From Mytilus edulis (taxonomy: Eukaryota), in the NCBI RefSeq assembly GCF_963676685.1, contig NC_092352.1:1922001-1986000 (forward strand): 64,000 nt of DNA. Reading direction: 5' to 3'. Below the pieces are notes generated by a model. It saw only the letters and a program-made list of their open reading frames with translations, was not told the DNA's origin and did no database searches. Within the stretch, counting starts at the first letter, position 1. The number at the start of each line of letters is the position of its first letter. The translations under genes and the position numbers were made by a program. Below, in pieces: positions 1 through 11,196 of the stretch.

Positions 1-39
1 CACCTTAAAATTTCACCCCTTTTGTTGACATTATTTTCA

Positions 40-460
40 TTTTGTCGAGCATGCATGCGACTCTTATCGCAAAAACGCGAAACACAGCGAACCAACCTAT
101 GTTCCGTCATCAGCGGCTAAATTTTGATAACTTTCTTAAATTATCCTGGATTTCTACCTAACTTGAAAAGAAGCTTGTTTATGATCATAAGACAAATATT
201 AAGAGGTAAATTAATCATGTAAAATGAAATCCTTTTTTTCCGCATTTTATTATACATGTTATATTGAACTTGTTTGTAGTTTTCATGCCATTTAACATTA
301 ACTTTTCACTATGACTGGGTTTCCACCAAACTTGGACAGAAGCTTGTTTATGATCATAAGATAATATCTTGAAGTAAAGTTTGTAAAATAATACTTTTAT
401 CGTATATTACTTATAGTTGATCTTAGTTTTTTTCCAAGTTAACATTAATTTACATTCAAA
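40..460. mobile_element. Degraded Helentron/HINE-like non-autonomous repeat fragment
   Basis: It opens with a T-run and an imperfect palindrome (ttttgtcgagc...gcgact...). Two related internal units share agaagcttgtttatgatcataaga (about 168 and 338). Family assignment is by architecture only. Confidence 0.35.
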
Positions 461-1932
461 GAGGTCCAATTATTAACTTACAAGTGCACAAGTCATCAAC
501 CAATGAACCATGTTTCTCAGCATATTTAACAAAATAGAACCAGTGAGATTGCCTGCTAAAAGTGAATTCTAATATCATTATAATTAATGACTTTACAACA
601 CAAAAATCATGTTTAATTTGCTATATATTTCGTAGCTTATGCACCAATATCAAAAACAACACTTTAGGTTGATCACTTTCGAAGAGTATTCACTGATCTT
701 CTAGTAGGTATTACCACAACTTTTGATCAGCTGACCATATTACAACAGTGTTTTAACAGTTAGTAAATAGGTGTAAAAAATCATTTAAAAATTAGTAATT
801 ACTTGTAATAACTGGGCAGTTTTAGGAATTACTTGTATTTACTAAGTGTATCGGGAATTACATGTAATTCCTAAATTTTAGTAATTACATGTAATTCCTA
901 ATTTCAACTATTTACTGTAACATATATATAGTGATACTACATTTGAAGTCAGCCAGAGTTCTTAATTTTTTGAAATCGTCTCTCAACTACGCACTGTTCT
1001 TTTAAACAAGAAATATTAACATTTAGATAAATCTTATATATTAAAAGTTACATCTCATAAAGAATATTGATCTTTAATTGTACAAATGTATCAGAGATAT
1101 AATGAGTATAAAACATCTCTGCCTTGTAAATAGACATAGGATCATATAAATCTGTATATTTGACATGGGAGTTTTAATACATAGATACAAAGGACAAACA
1201 TAGAAATTCCAATATCTACATGTAGTCATTTGAACAACTCTGACAGTCTTGAAATATTGTACATAATAGGCTTATTTCGATTATATATAGTTCATTTAAC
1301 TAAAACTGTTTTCAAAAAGAATGAACGCGTTAGACAGACAACATCTTATGATAAAAATATTGACAAATCTGACTGGATCAGATTTGAAGGCAGAACAATG
1401 GACATTTGTATACTTGTGCTTCTTGTGTGATCTTTTCTTTTTTGCCATAACCACATATAATGGAAAAGTGTCTTTGTGTGTTGGAAAGAATGACAGTAAG
1501 GAAATTAAATGTAATATGAAATTTTAGGAATGAAATAATCTTTCAAAATATGACTATATGTACATAACATGAACTATACAGATATTCACTGTTGGGTTTG
1601 CTCAAATTAAATTTCCATCTGAATCCAATGTATTTAATAAAATTTCTTCTGAGTTATCTCCCTTAGACCATTTAGAGTGAATATCCTATACAACAACAGT
1701 GAATGTCTCAGAGTGCAGATTTAGTATTTGATTTTAATGTTGGACTCTGTCTTGCTATTGTATTTTATGCTTTCATATATATGTATTTATTGTAAATTAC
1801 AAATATGTCTTAAGGTTTCACAGATCTGGAAAAACTATACAGTTTTAAAGGAAAAGAATTTTAAAAGTCCCTTGATTTCACAAATTTCATGGTATATTTA
1901 TGTATACTCACTCATCATTAGAGTTATAAATA

Positions 1933-4900
1933 TTGATAAAGCTAAATGCATGCATGAAGGGTGATATTCTTAAAATAATTTCTTATAATTGTCAAGGTCT
2001 TTATACAAAGGAGAAACGGAGAGATGTTTTGAACTATTTAAAGTCAAAGAATTTTAATATATACTGTCTTCAGGACACACATTTTACAGAACAAGATGAA
2101 TTAAACATTAAAAATCAGTGGAAGGGAGAATGCCTTTTCAATTCATTTACATCCAATCAGAGAGGTGTGGCCATCTTTTTTAATGAAAACTTTGATCTTC
2201 AAATTCACAAAGTTAAAAAAGATGAGGGGGGAAATCTTCTTGGATTGGACATTACAATTGAAGAACAAAGAATTACCTTAGTAAATATTTATGGGCCAAA
2301 TGTAGACACTCCTTGCTTTTATCAAAAGGTGGCAGACATTATTGAGGAATTTGATAACCAATCTTGTATTCTTTGTGGTGATTTTAACCTCATTCAAAGT
2401 TTTAATCTTGACACCCATAATTATGTTAATATCAACAACCCAAAGTCTAGAGAAAAAGTATTACAGCTAATGGAAGACTTTAATCTAGTTGATCCATTTA
2501 GAGAATTATACCCCAATTTGAAAAGATTTACTTGGAGGAAAAAAAAACCCTTTAAACAATCTCGTTTAGATTTTTTTCTGATTTCTGATAATATTTTTCA
2601 CTTTGTTAGCGATGTTAAAATTGATAATAGTTACAGGTCTGATCATTCACCTGTGGTCTTTTCTTTCAAGAATAATGAATTTATAAAAGGCAGAGGCCTT
2701 TTGAAGTTTAATAATTCCCTTCTTCATGATACTGACTATGTTAAAGAGATAAAAAACCTCATAAGTATAGTAAAAGAACAATATGCTGTCAAGATATATA
2801 GAGATGAAAATTTACAAAATATTGACAACTCTGAAATTGAATTTACTGTTGATGACCAGTTATTTTTAGAAACTTTACTCACAGAAATACGCGGTAAAAC
2901 TATTTCATATGCCTCTTATAAAAAAAAGGCGGGTATAAAAATTGAAAATGAAATTATTTCAAAATTAAAACAATTAGAAGAAAATGCTCTAACAGTAGAA
3001 AATCTGGAAGAGATTGATCAGAAAAAAGCAGAACTTAAAATTTATAGACAAAAGAAGGTTCAGGGACAATATGTTAGGTCAAGAAGTCAGTGGATTGAAG
3101 AAGGAGAAAAACCTACCAATTTTTTTTTAAATCTAGAGACTAGAAATTATATAAATAAGACTATTCAAAAACTGACTTTAGAAAATGGTGTTATAGTGGA
3201 AGAACAAAAAGAAATCTTAAATCAGACAAAGGTGTTTTATGAAAAACTTTATAGAAAACAAGATTGTTTGAAAAAGGTTGATTTAACATGGGACTTTTGT
3301 TATGACGAGATACCGAAGCTTAGCGAGGATGAAAAGCAGTTATTGGAGGGAAATATTATTTTTTCTGAATTAACTGCAGCATTAAAAAGGATGAAAAATA
3401 ACAAAAGTCCGGGGTCTGATGGTTTCACTGCAGAATTTTTCAAATTTTTTTGGATTGATATTGGTAAATTTGTCCTTAGATCTATAAATTTTGGATATGG
3501 GAAGGGCCAAATGTCTGTCACCCAGAGGCAGGGAGTGATTACATGTATTCCAAAAGATGGTAAACCAAAACAATTTCTTAAAAATTGGAGACCTATTACT
3601 CTACTAAATTCTACATATAAATTGGCATCAAGCTGTATAGCAGAGAGAATAAAATCTGTTTTGTCAAAATTAATAAGTTCGGATCAAACTGGTTTTGTTC
3701 CAGGTAGATATATAGGCGAAAATTGTCGTTTAATATATGATATTTTACATTTTACTGAAGAAAATAATATTCCAGGAATTCTCTTGCTGATTGATTTTGA
3801 GAAGGCATTCGATTCCATATCGTGGTCATTTCTTTATGATACATTAAGATATTTTAATTTTGGTGAATCCGTTATATCCTGGGTTAAAACCTTCTATAAC
3901 AATATAACAGCTGCGGTGACACAAAACTGTTGTTTGTCAGAATTCTTCACTATAGAGAGAGGCTGTAGACAGGGAGATCCTTTATCCCCTTATATTTTCT
4001 TGCTATGTGCAGAAATATTAGGCATTTTGGTAAGAAATAGTAGGGAGATAAAGGGTATTACTATAGATGATACAGAATTTGTACTTTCTCAATATGCGGA
4101 TGATACATCATTGATATTAGATGGCTCGCCAGAATCGCTCGATGCATCTCTTCGTGTTCTCTAATTGTATGCTGAAATCTCGGGACTTAAGATTAATATA
4201 GAAAAAACAAGTGTTATTTGGATAGGTAGCAAAAAACATAGTCAGGATCAAATTTGTGTAAAGTGGGGATTGAAATGGGGCTCCAGTACATTTAAGTTGC
4301 TTGGAATTACGTTTTCAGTCGACCTAGATAGAATGATTAATTTAAATTATAGGCCAGTTTTAGATAATATAGACAACACTTTGAAAAAATGGTCAAAACA
4401 GTATCTCACCCCCTTTGGAAAGATTACCATTTTAAAAACTTTGGTCATAGCTAAATTAAATCATCTGTTTCTATCTATCCCTAGTCCAGATGAGAATATG
4501 TTACGTAATTTAACAAATAAAATGTATGCTTTTATCTGGGATAATAAACCAGATAAGATCAAGCGAGATCTTTTATGTCAAGATTATTATAAGGGTGGTT
4601 TTAAAATGCTAAATTTAAAAGCTTTTATACAGGGACTAAAACTTACATGGGTAAGACGTCTGTATAATTCGAACTCAAAGTGGGTGAAATTAGTCTCTAT
4701 TGTGGAGCAAATAAATTTTATTGAAATAAGTTATATTGGGCCTATTAAAAGGTCAACAAATAAATTTTGGCAAGAGGTTTTTGATGCTTGGAAAACCCTT
4801 AATCAAATTAGAAAACCAAGATGTATTGATGAAATTCTATCGTATTCTTTATGGGAGGTAGAAAATTTTAAAATTGGTGGTTCAAGAGTCTACTATAAAA

Positions 4901-5736
4901 ACTGGGCAAATGCGGGAATTTGGACAGTACAAGATTTGTTAGATGACCAGGGCAAAGTTATGTCATTTCAAAATTTCCAACAATTATATCAATTTAGGCC
5001 AAATATTTTACATTATTATGGAATAGCGCACTCGCTTAATGAGTGGTTAAACACGATTAATATTGAAATAAATGAGAAAAAAATTCATGCAATACTACCT
5101 TTTAACATAAGTATCTTTTTTGAATCAAAAAAAGGTTCAAGGGAAATGTACAAAGTATTGAATGAAAAATATGTTACATTTGCTGCAAAGGAAAAATGGG
5201 AGAACCATCTTAATATGACTGGTATTAACTGGAAAAAAATACACACTTCGTGTACAAAATATAGTAAAAGCACTAAGCTTTGCTGGTTCCAATATAGAAC
5301 TATCCATAGAATTTTGGGAACTAATTCACTACTTTACAAGATGAAAATAAATAGCAGTAACATATGTACATTTTGTAAAGAAGGACCAGAGACCATAGAA
5401 CATTTATTTTGGAGCTGTCCGATGGTTGCCAGTCTCTGGCATGCACTTAACATCTGGATTTTTGAAATGACAAGTATTGAACTGCCTTTGAATATTATGA
5501 TTATTTTATTTGGTATCTACGAAAATGTTAAATTGAATTTTGTTAAAAATAAGATTATTCTACTTTCAAAATACTACATTTACAGAACAAAATTACAAGA
5601 AGTTTTGCCAAACCTAAATGCTTTAAAAAACTATTTAAAGGAACACTTGAACTTAGAAAAATACATTTCATTTAAAAACCTCTCTGTAGAGGAATATAAC
5701 AAATACTGGAGTCCCTGGGCCCCTATCATAGAATAA
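1933..5736 (+). pseudogene. L1/Tx1-clade LINE ORF2 (APE endonuclease + RT + C-terminal zinc-binding domain), broken by one in-frame TAA at 4162-4164
   Basis: APE motifs: SYNCQGL, LQDTH, NIYGPN, GDFN, SRLDFFL, SDH. RT motifs: KSPGSDG, NWRPITLLN, DFEKAFD, RGCRQGDPLSP, QYADD. Zinc motif: CTFC...ETIEHLFWSC. ORFs 1933-4164 and 4165-5736 are in the same frame and separated only by the stop codon. Confidence 0.95.
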
Positions 5737-5812
5737 ATAATAAATGTTAAAATTTGCTTGAAACACTACTTATGTATTTTGCAAGAACACATAAGATTTC
5801 AATGTTATATAT

Positions 5813-5972
5813 AGATTCTTACATTGTTAGCAGTGGATTATCGTGTTTCTCCAATCGAGATAGTTAAATTATGAAATTTTAAGTCTGAGCCTTGGCGAGG
5901 ACTTAAAATTTCATAATTTAACTATCGAGATTGGAGAAACACGATAATCCACTGCTAACAATGTAAGAATCT
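5813..5972. repeat. Long terminal hairpin of the Crypton (73-bp arms, 71/73 paired, 14-nt loop)
   Basis: Arms 5813-5885 and 5900-5972 are reverse complements except for one GA/GA dinucleotide. The loop is tgagccttggcgag. Confidence 0.95.
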
Positions 5973-6307
5973 GTTTCTCTAATGACCAAAAAACCTATTT
6001 TAGTTTCATAAAAAAATAAATTCTCCCAACCATGCCTTAAACTACGTCATCCGGTGTTACGCGCCAGCATATTTATACGCACATAAGTCTTTTGTTTAAT
6101 TTCAAGTATTATCTAAAAAAACCACAATCCAATTCAATTTGAATTCCAACATATTCATATTTAATCACAAAAAGAACATTAAAATAGTTTTTATCAATTG
6201 AACGTTGATAAGAAAAAAGAACTTTTTTCGCGTAGAATGAAGTTCACCGCTCACTGAAATAAACACGAGGAGAATGAATGAAGTTCAAAACGGCTGACCA
6301 CAGTAGT

Positions 6308-6760
6308 TTATTCATCTTGTGAACTGTCACTCTCGATAACAAATCGGCGTTTCTTCTGAGGAGGCTGAACTGATGGTGATGTATTGTTAATATTGATATT
6401 AAATGTCCCTCCATAAATAGGTGCCCCAAAGATATAGTTCATTCCTGAACGCGGTGCATCGTGACTTTGGCTTTGCCCAACCACGAGTTGTGTCTCTGTT
6501 TGATGAACTGCTTGACGTCCCATCGTAACCGTCCTCGTTGTCTGCGAAGACTGTATTTGTTGCTCATTTTCATCCTGGTTACCTAAGATGCATTGACGTC
6601 CCATCGTAACCGTCCTCGTTGTCTGTGAAGACTGTATTTGTTGTTCATTTTCAGCCTCATGATCCTGGTTACCTAAGATGCATTGGGCTATCTGTTTATG
6701 TTTCTGAGGGTTCAGTTTTGAGTAAGTGGTGATACTCTGTATGTTTTTGTGTCCAGATAT
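6308..6760 (-). CDS. Crypton tyrosine recombinase, exon 3 (GH and catalytic Y)
   Basis: Acceptor ttttttag|ATA TCT GGA CAC. It encodes ISGHKNIQSITTYSK..., a duplicated QCILGNQD...MGRQ segment, and a GAPIYGGTFNININ tail. The spliced CDS is 1222+143+453=1818 nt (605 aa) and open throughout. Confidence 0.88.
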   Translation of the reverse strand: MSGHKNIQSITTYSKLNPQKHKQIAQCILGNQDHEAENEQQIQSSQTTRTVTMGRQCILGNQDENEQQIQSSQTTRTVTMGRQAVHQTETQLVVGQSQSHDAPRSGMNYIFGAPIYGGTFNININNTSPSVQPPQKKRRFVIESDSSQDE

Positions 6761-7020
6761 CTAAAAAATCAGTAAAAAAATCATAAACTTTCTAGTATGA
6801 ACCATATGTGAATTTTTGTGAAATAGTGTGGATCTGAGGAAGAAGTAAAGGTGGACTAGAATTTAGAATTGTGAAATATTAAATAAGGGTGTCTCATTGA
6901 CAGATTGAGGGGTTCTGATCCTGGATCCAACTTACTGTTTTGTCAAATTCCTGTATCCGCTTACACTATGTATGTAACTTTGTAAGCAATTCTCATTTTT
7001 TGTAAATTCTTGTGTCCCCC

Positions 7021-7152
7021 CTAGTCCAAATAATTATGACGTCTCGTTAGGCTATTTTTTAATATTTTTTTTGGGACGCTGTACATTGATGTACGACGTC
7101 CAAAAAATTATAAAAAAATAGCCTTTCAAGACGTCATAATTATTTGGACTAG
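7021..7152. mobile_element. 132-bp palindromic MITE in Crypton intron 2
   Basis: TIR ctagtccaaataattatgacgtc / gacgtcataattatttggactag. The direct repeat tgtccccc lies at 7013-7020 and 7153-7160 (8 bp; 9/10 bp if the termini are TAG..CTA). Confidence 0.85.
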
Positions 7153-7299
7153 TGTCCCCCTAGACTTCCTAACACAGTACAGTACAATAATTTGACTAAC
7201 ATGTGTCATGCTCTCAAAGAGTTAGCAATTCAGGGTTGCACTTAGACCCTAATGAGATCCACAAATAAAAAATAAATAATCCGACAATTTTAAAAAGGA

Positions 7300-7663
7300 T
7301 TTCTTCAATTTTTGTGCTATTTTTACATTTCCTGACCGGTGTGAGAAAAAATATTTCTCCTCACTAGTGAAAAATCTGTTCTTGGCAAGTGATTGATTGA
7401 ATTTCAATGGTTCAAATTTTGCCGTTATATAGCCTTTTTGTGCTAATGCGGCGTCAGCTGTGTGGCGTAAAGCAACTAACAATGAATCAATGAATTTAAT
7501 CTTTGATAAAATTAGAGAAACAAATTCCACCGATATGTGTTTCCACTTTCAACAGTTAAATTTTTAATATTGAAAAGCTCAGCAAGCCTTGTGTTTTAAA
7601 TTGTAAAATTTAACGTTAACTGTCTCGAGTGGAGAATTTCGTAACACTCTGTGAAATCTATAT
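7300..7663 (+). mobile_element. Non-autonomous Crypton-related element, inverted relative to the autonomous copy
   Basis: The 5' part is the reverse complement of 11340-11430. It has an internal aaaattagagaaa, a hairpin with an agctcagcaagccttg loop, and ends in gaaatctata. Confidence 0.75.
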
Positions 7664-7796
7664 TTTCATATCTCCAGTTACAAAATTTTCTTATCAGATG
7701 ATTGTTCAAAATTCAATCATGACAAAAATTGAGTGGATGAAAACTGTAATTAATGTAGTCAAGTGGTGTTGTAGTAATATTTTTATGATTAATAAC

Positions 7797-7939
7797 CTGT
7801 TTGATACGATTATGTTCAATTCCCTCATCGTCAAGCTTCTGAAGCATAAACCTTCTAGCTGAATGGTTGGTTAGGCGCCTGTTTGTATTGTCATCTAGAG
7901 GTTGGTTCTCATCATTTTGATTGTGTTCTTTAATAATAC
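7797..7939 (-). CDS. Crypton tyrosine recombinase, exon 2 (HxxR motif)
   Basis: Boundaries ttgtag|GT ATT ... AAA CAG|gttatt; 143 nt, phase 1 to 0. It encodes ...RRLTNHSARRFMLQKLDDEGIEHNRIKQ and is absent from the ORF track. Confidence 0.88.
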
Positions 7940-8484
7940 CTACAAGTATATGTACAGTATTAATAATTAAAAGCAGTGATTAAAAGAACATGCTGGTTAT
8001 ACACATGTACAGTGTTTATATGGGGAAATTCAAATATGGTATCAAATTTTCTTGATTTCTTCTGAATTTCCTATTGTGACGTCATAAAAAAAGACAACCA
8101 TGATGACGTCACTTACATGTATGCCTTCAAATTGATATTTTATTGTGTGTTTTTCTATGTTGTGATGTTATACTATTCAGTTTTGTGTCAGTAAAAGGGA
8201 GAAGGTTTGGTACCATTAAAACATTTAATCCCTCTGCAAATGTTTGCACCTGTCCTAAGTCAGGAATCTGATGAACACAACAGTAGTTGTTGTTTGTTTA
8301 TGCAATTTATACATGTTGCTTGTTTCACTTGTTTTTATAAAAGACCATTGGTTTACCCGTTTGAATGAATTTACACTTTAAATTTGGGCTCTTTATAGCT
8401 TGTGTTATCCAAGGCTACATAATGAAGGCTGTACCTTGACCTGTAATGGTTTACTTTTATAAATTGTAATTGGATTGAGAGTTG

Positions 8485-8730
8485 TTTCTCTAGTTTTCGT
8501 GCTATTTTCACCTTTCTCGACCGGTGTGAGAAAAATATTTCTCGTCTCTAGAGAGAAATTTGTTCTTGTTCTCAGCAAATGATTGGTTGAATTTCAATTA
8601 TGACATCAATTTTTTTTGCTTTCTTCTGAATTTTCTATTGTGACATCAGGAAACTAGGTGAATTTAAAAATTTAACTGTTTGAGTGGAGAAATATTGTAA
8701 TACAGTCTTGATGCAGTTGTGAAATCTATA
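8485..8730 (+). mobile_element. Internally deleted non-autonomous Crypton-related element inserted in a common dispersed repeat
   Basis: It runs tttctctag...gaaatctata. Removing it restores gagagttg+tctcattggcactcat, seen uninterrupted at about 34931 (agagttgtctcattggcactcat). Confidence 0.8.
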
Positions 8731-8821
8731 TCTCATTGGCACTCATACCATATCTTCCTATGCATGTACATTGTACCAATAAAGAGCACAACTTTCAGCA
8801 AATCTCTCAAAAGGAATATCT

Positions 8822-8937
8822 CGTGTATTATATTTCTCCAGTCTTGACAGTTAAATTTTAAATATATTCAAAATCTTGGCACGCCTTGCATTTTAAATTT
8901 TAAAATTTAACTGTCTCTCGTGGAGAAATATAACACG
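8822..8937. repeat. Isolated degraded copy of the Crypton-type hairpin
   Basis: The sequence reads gtgtattatatttctccagtcttgacagttaaatttt ... aaaatttaactgtctctcgtggagaaatataacac. Confidence 0.7.
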
Positions 8938-9188
8938 TAATATGTGTCTTTGTGGCATGTACAAATGTTTTATGCTTGCGTTAAAACTAACATGTAATCT
9001 TTTTTTTTAGGTTAAAGAATAGAGTTTATTTTGGATTTTTATCAACCTTAAACAAAATTTTAAGACGGCAGGGTTGATGAATTTTCTGGATATATCGAGA
9101 ATTTTTTATAAAAAAAGGGGGGAAACATATCAACCAAAGTATTGAGTATTTGACACAGATTATTCTACATGTACATGTATTTAAACTA

Positions 9189-9260
9189 TCCTTGTTAGTA
9201 CAATGGTCAGTACACTCATCTACAGATGAGGGATCTGGGTTCGATTCCTGGACTTGGAGT
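9189..9260 (+). pseudogene. tRNA-derived (SINE-head-like) degenerate sequence
   Basis: It has an A-box-like tagtacaatggt, a stem ctcat/atgag, and a B-box ggttcgattcc. The anticodon loop is irregular. Confidence 0.4.
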
Positions 9261-9539
9261 TTACATGTAGAGTCAAAATGTGTCTATTTACTCTTGCTTA
9301 AATTTGAATAAAAATGTACAAGTAACTTAATTTGACCATTGTTGAAATTTTAATTATCAACATGTTGTTCACAGTTCTACCTTCATATTGGTAAATACTC
9401 AATGATGACTTTCATTTTTTTTTTAATTTCAAAACTAAACTGATTTATAAAAGAAACAGATTAAACAGTTATCTGTCACTGTTGACAAATAGGTTTCTCA
9501 AATCTTTCTCCAATCAATGAATTTGGGAAAACCTGCACA

Positions 9540-9930
9540 TTTCTTGAGTGGTGTGAGTAAACTATTTTTCACCACTAGTAAAATATCTGTTCTAAATCAA
9601 AATTGATTATGACGTCATCATGTTTTGTTTTTTTCAGAATTTTCATATTGTGACGTGGGGGAAAAAAGGCGACCTTGCCTGATGACATTGCATATATTAA
9701 AGGAACACAAGTTTCTAAAAATCTTTGAAAAAGAATGATACAAATCATTAAACAAACTAATTTCGACACTATAAGTTATAACTCGTGTATTACAATATTT
9801 CTCCACTCTCGACAGTTAAATTTAATTATTTAAAAAGCTCGGCAAGCCTCGCTCTTTAAATAATAAAATTTAACTGTCTCGAGTGGAGAAATATTGTAAT
9901 ACACTTGTTGCAGTGTATGAATCAATATAT
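9540..9930 (+). mobile_element. Non-autonomous Crypton-related element with a well-preserved hairpin (9785-9904) in intron 1
   Basis: The motif ggtgtgag...tttttcaccactagt is shared with the 7340 and 8522 copies. The hairpin loop is agctcggcaagcctcgct. Confidence 0.75.
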
Positions 9931-9974
9931 ACATTAATAACAAGTAAATGTACCTGTTTACAATATTTTATTAC

Positions 9975-11196
9975 CTGTATTTAAAGCCATTTTCTTCATG
10001 AATTTTCCTAATTTATTGATACCAATTCTTTGTGCCTTAAACCAAAGGGCTGACTTGTCAGGGTTGTTGTTCTCCTGAATGTAGAAGGGATCTTCAGGCT
10101 TACTATATTTTGTAGGTCTTTTTGACTTGTAAAGCTTGTATGCAGCTACAGGACATTTTGTTTGATCAGTTGTGGCCCAGGCCCTTTGAGGAATTTCTCT
10201 TGTGTTTTTCAGATTTGCTCCAGTTCTTGTTTTAGTATTTCTCTCGTTCATTTGCAAGTATTCCTGACTTTTAGAGTCTTTACATAGTTGGACATCCCCC
10301 CATGTCATCTGATAATGTTCAGTTACACCACGTAGGCCAAAATATATTGTGTTAAAAAACCAGAGAGTGTGCAATAGAGTTGTAGGATTGGACAAGCCCA
10401 GCTGCCCAGTTTTAAACATTGCTTCAATGTCATCATCAGTGAGTGTTTCAGCTCTTTTATCACCATTTCCTTTACCCATTTTTTTTAACGCTATCTGTTT
10501 TGCCGTAAGAACATCTCTGGTTTTAGCAAATTCTACACTTTTACTTAATTCATAGCCATAATCATTGCTCCTCAGTATTCTATCAAATGAACACATCATT
10601 CCACGTAGTGAGGATGGCTCATACTCTTCTCCATCAGTTTTTCTCACAGAGAAAAAGTACTGACATAAAAGACTGTTTAATTCTTCAGGTGGAATTTTAT
10701 AAATTTCTCTTTTTTCATTTTTCTGTTGTAGGAACTGTGTAAGTGTGCGCATATCACTTATATTTTTTCTGGCAGTGCCTTGATTTTCCTGATCTTTAAC
10801 AAATTGTTCTACAGTTGATTCATCAACTGGAACAAACTGTCTTGGTTTTGATGCTTTTGAACTAGGCTTTTGTGTAGGTGCTTGAGGTGGTGCTGACACA
10901 TTTACAGGAGCTTCATTTGGCGTTTTATCAACTTCATTCAACTCTGGCTCAAACAGATACAGGAGTCCATCAGGAACATGTGGTGGGGAGTCATGTTCTA
11001 ATGGGTGTGTGACTGTTCTGTCAGGCTCAGAAATAATGTCAAACCTGTATCTGGCCTCAGTTACAAGTTTACCACCTTCTAGCTGAATTTCCCACAACGG
11101 AAACCCAAAGTTGTCTGTTTTACCTTTTATAACTCCCATTTGCCCCCCTACAAGTCTGACTTTTTGTCCCCTTGTCAAGTTTTCGTTGAGCGACAT
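9975..11196 (-). CDS. Crypton tyrosine recombinase, exon 1
   Basis: DUF3504/ZMYM/KCTD1-like motifs: RKTDGEEYEPSSL, FGLRGVTEH (catalytic R), ERNTKTRTG, KCPVAAYKLYKSKRP, WFKAQRIGINKL. The exon ends at ACA G|gtaata (phase 1). Confidence 0.9.

Noticed and set aside
1230-1964. Short ORFs as L1 ORF1 or host exons
   Set aside because: They have no recognisable motifs or supported splice pattern and look like AT-rich chance ORFs.
4162-4164. Selenocysteine or programmed read-through in L1 ORF2
   Set aside because: The codon is TAA and it is at a non-Cys position. A simple nonsense mutation is more likely.
9958-11196. Domesticated ZMYM/QRICH1/KCTD1 host gene
   Set aside because: All catalytic YR residues are retained, there are no MYM zinc fingers or BTB domain, and transposon-like termini are shared with dispersed copies.
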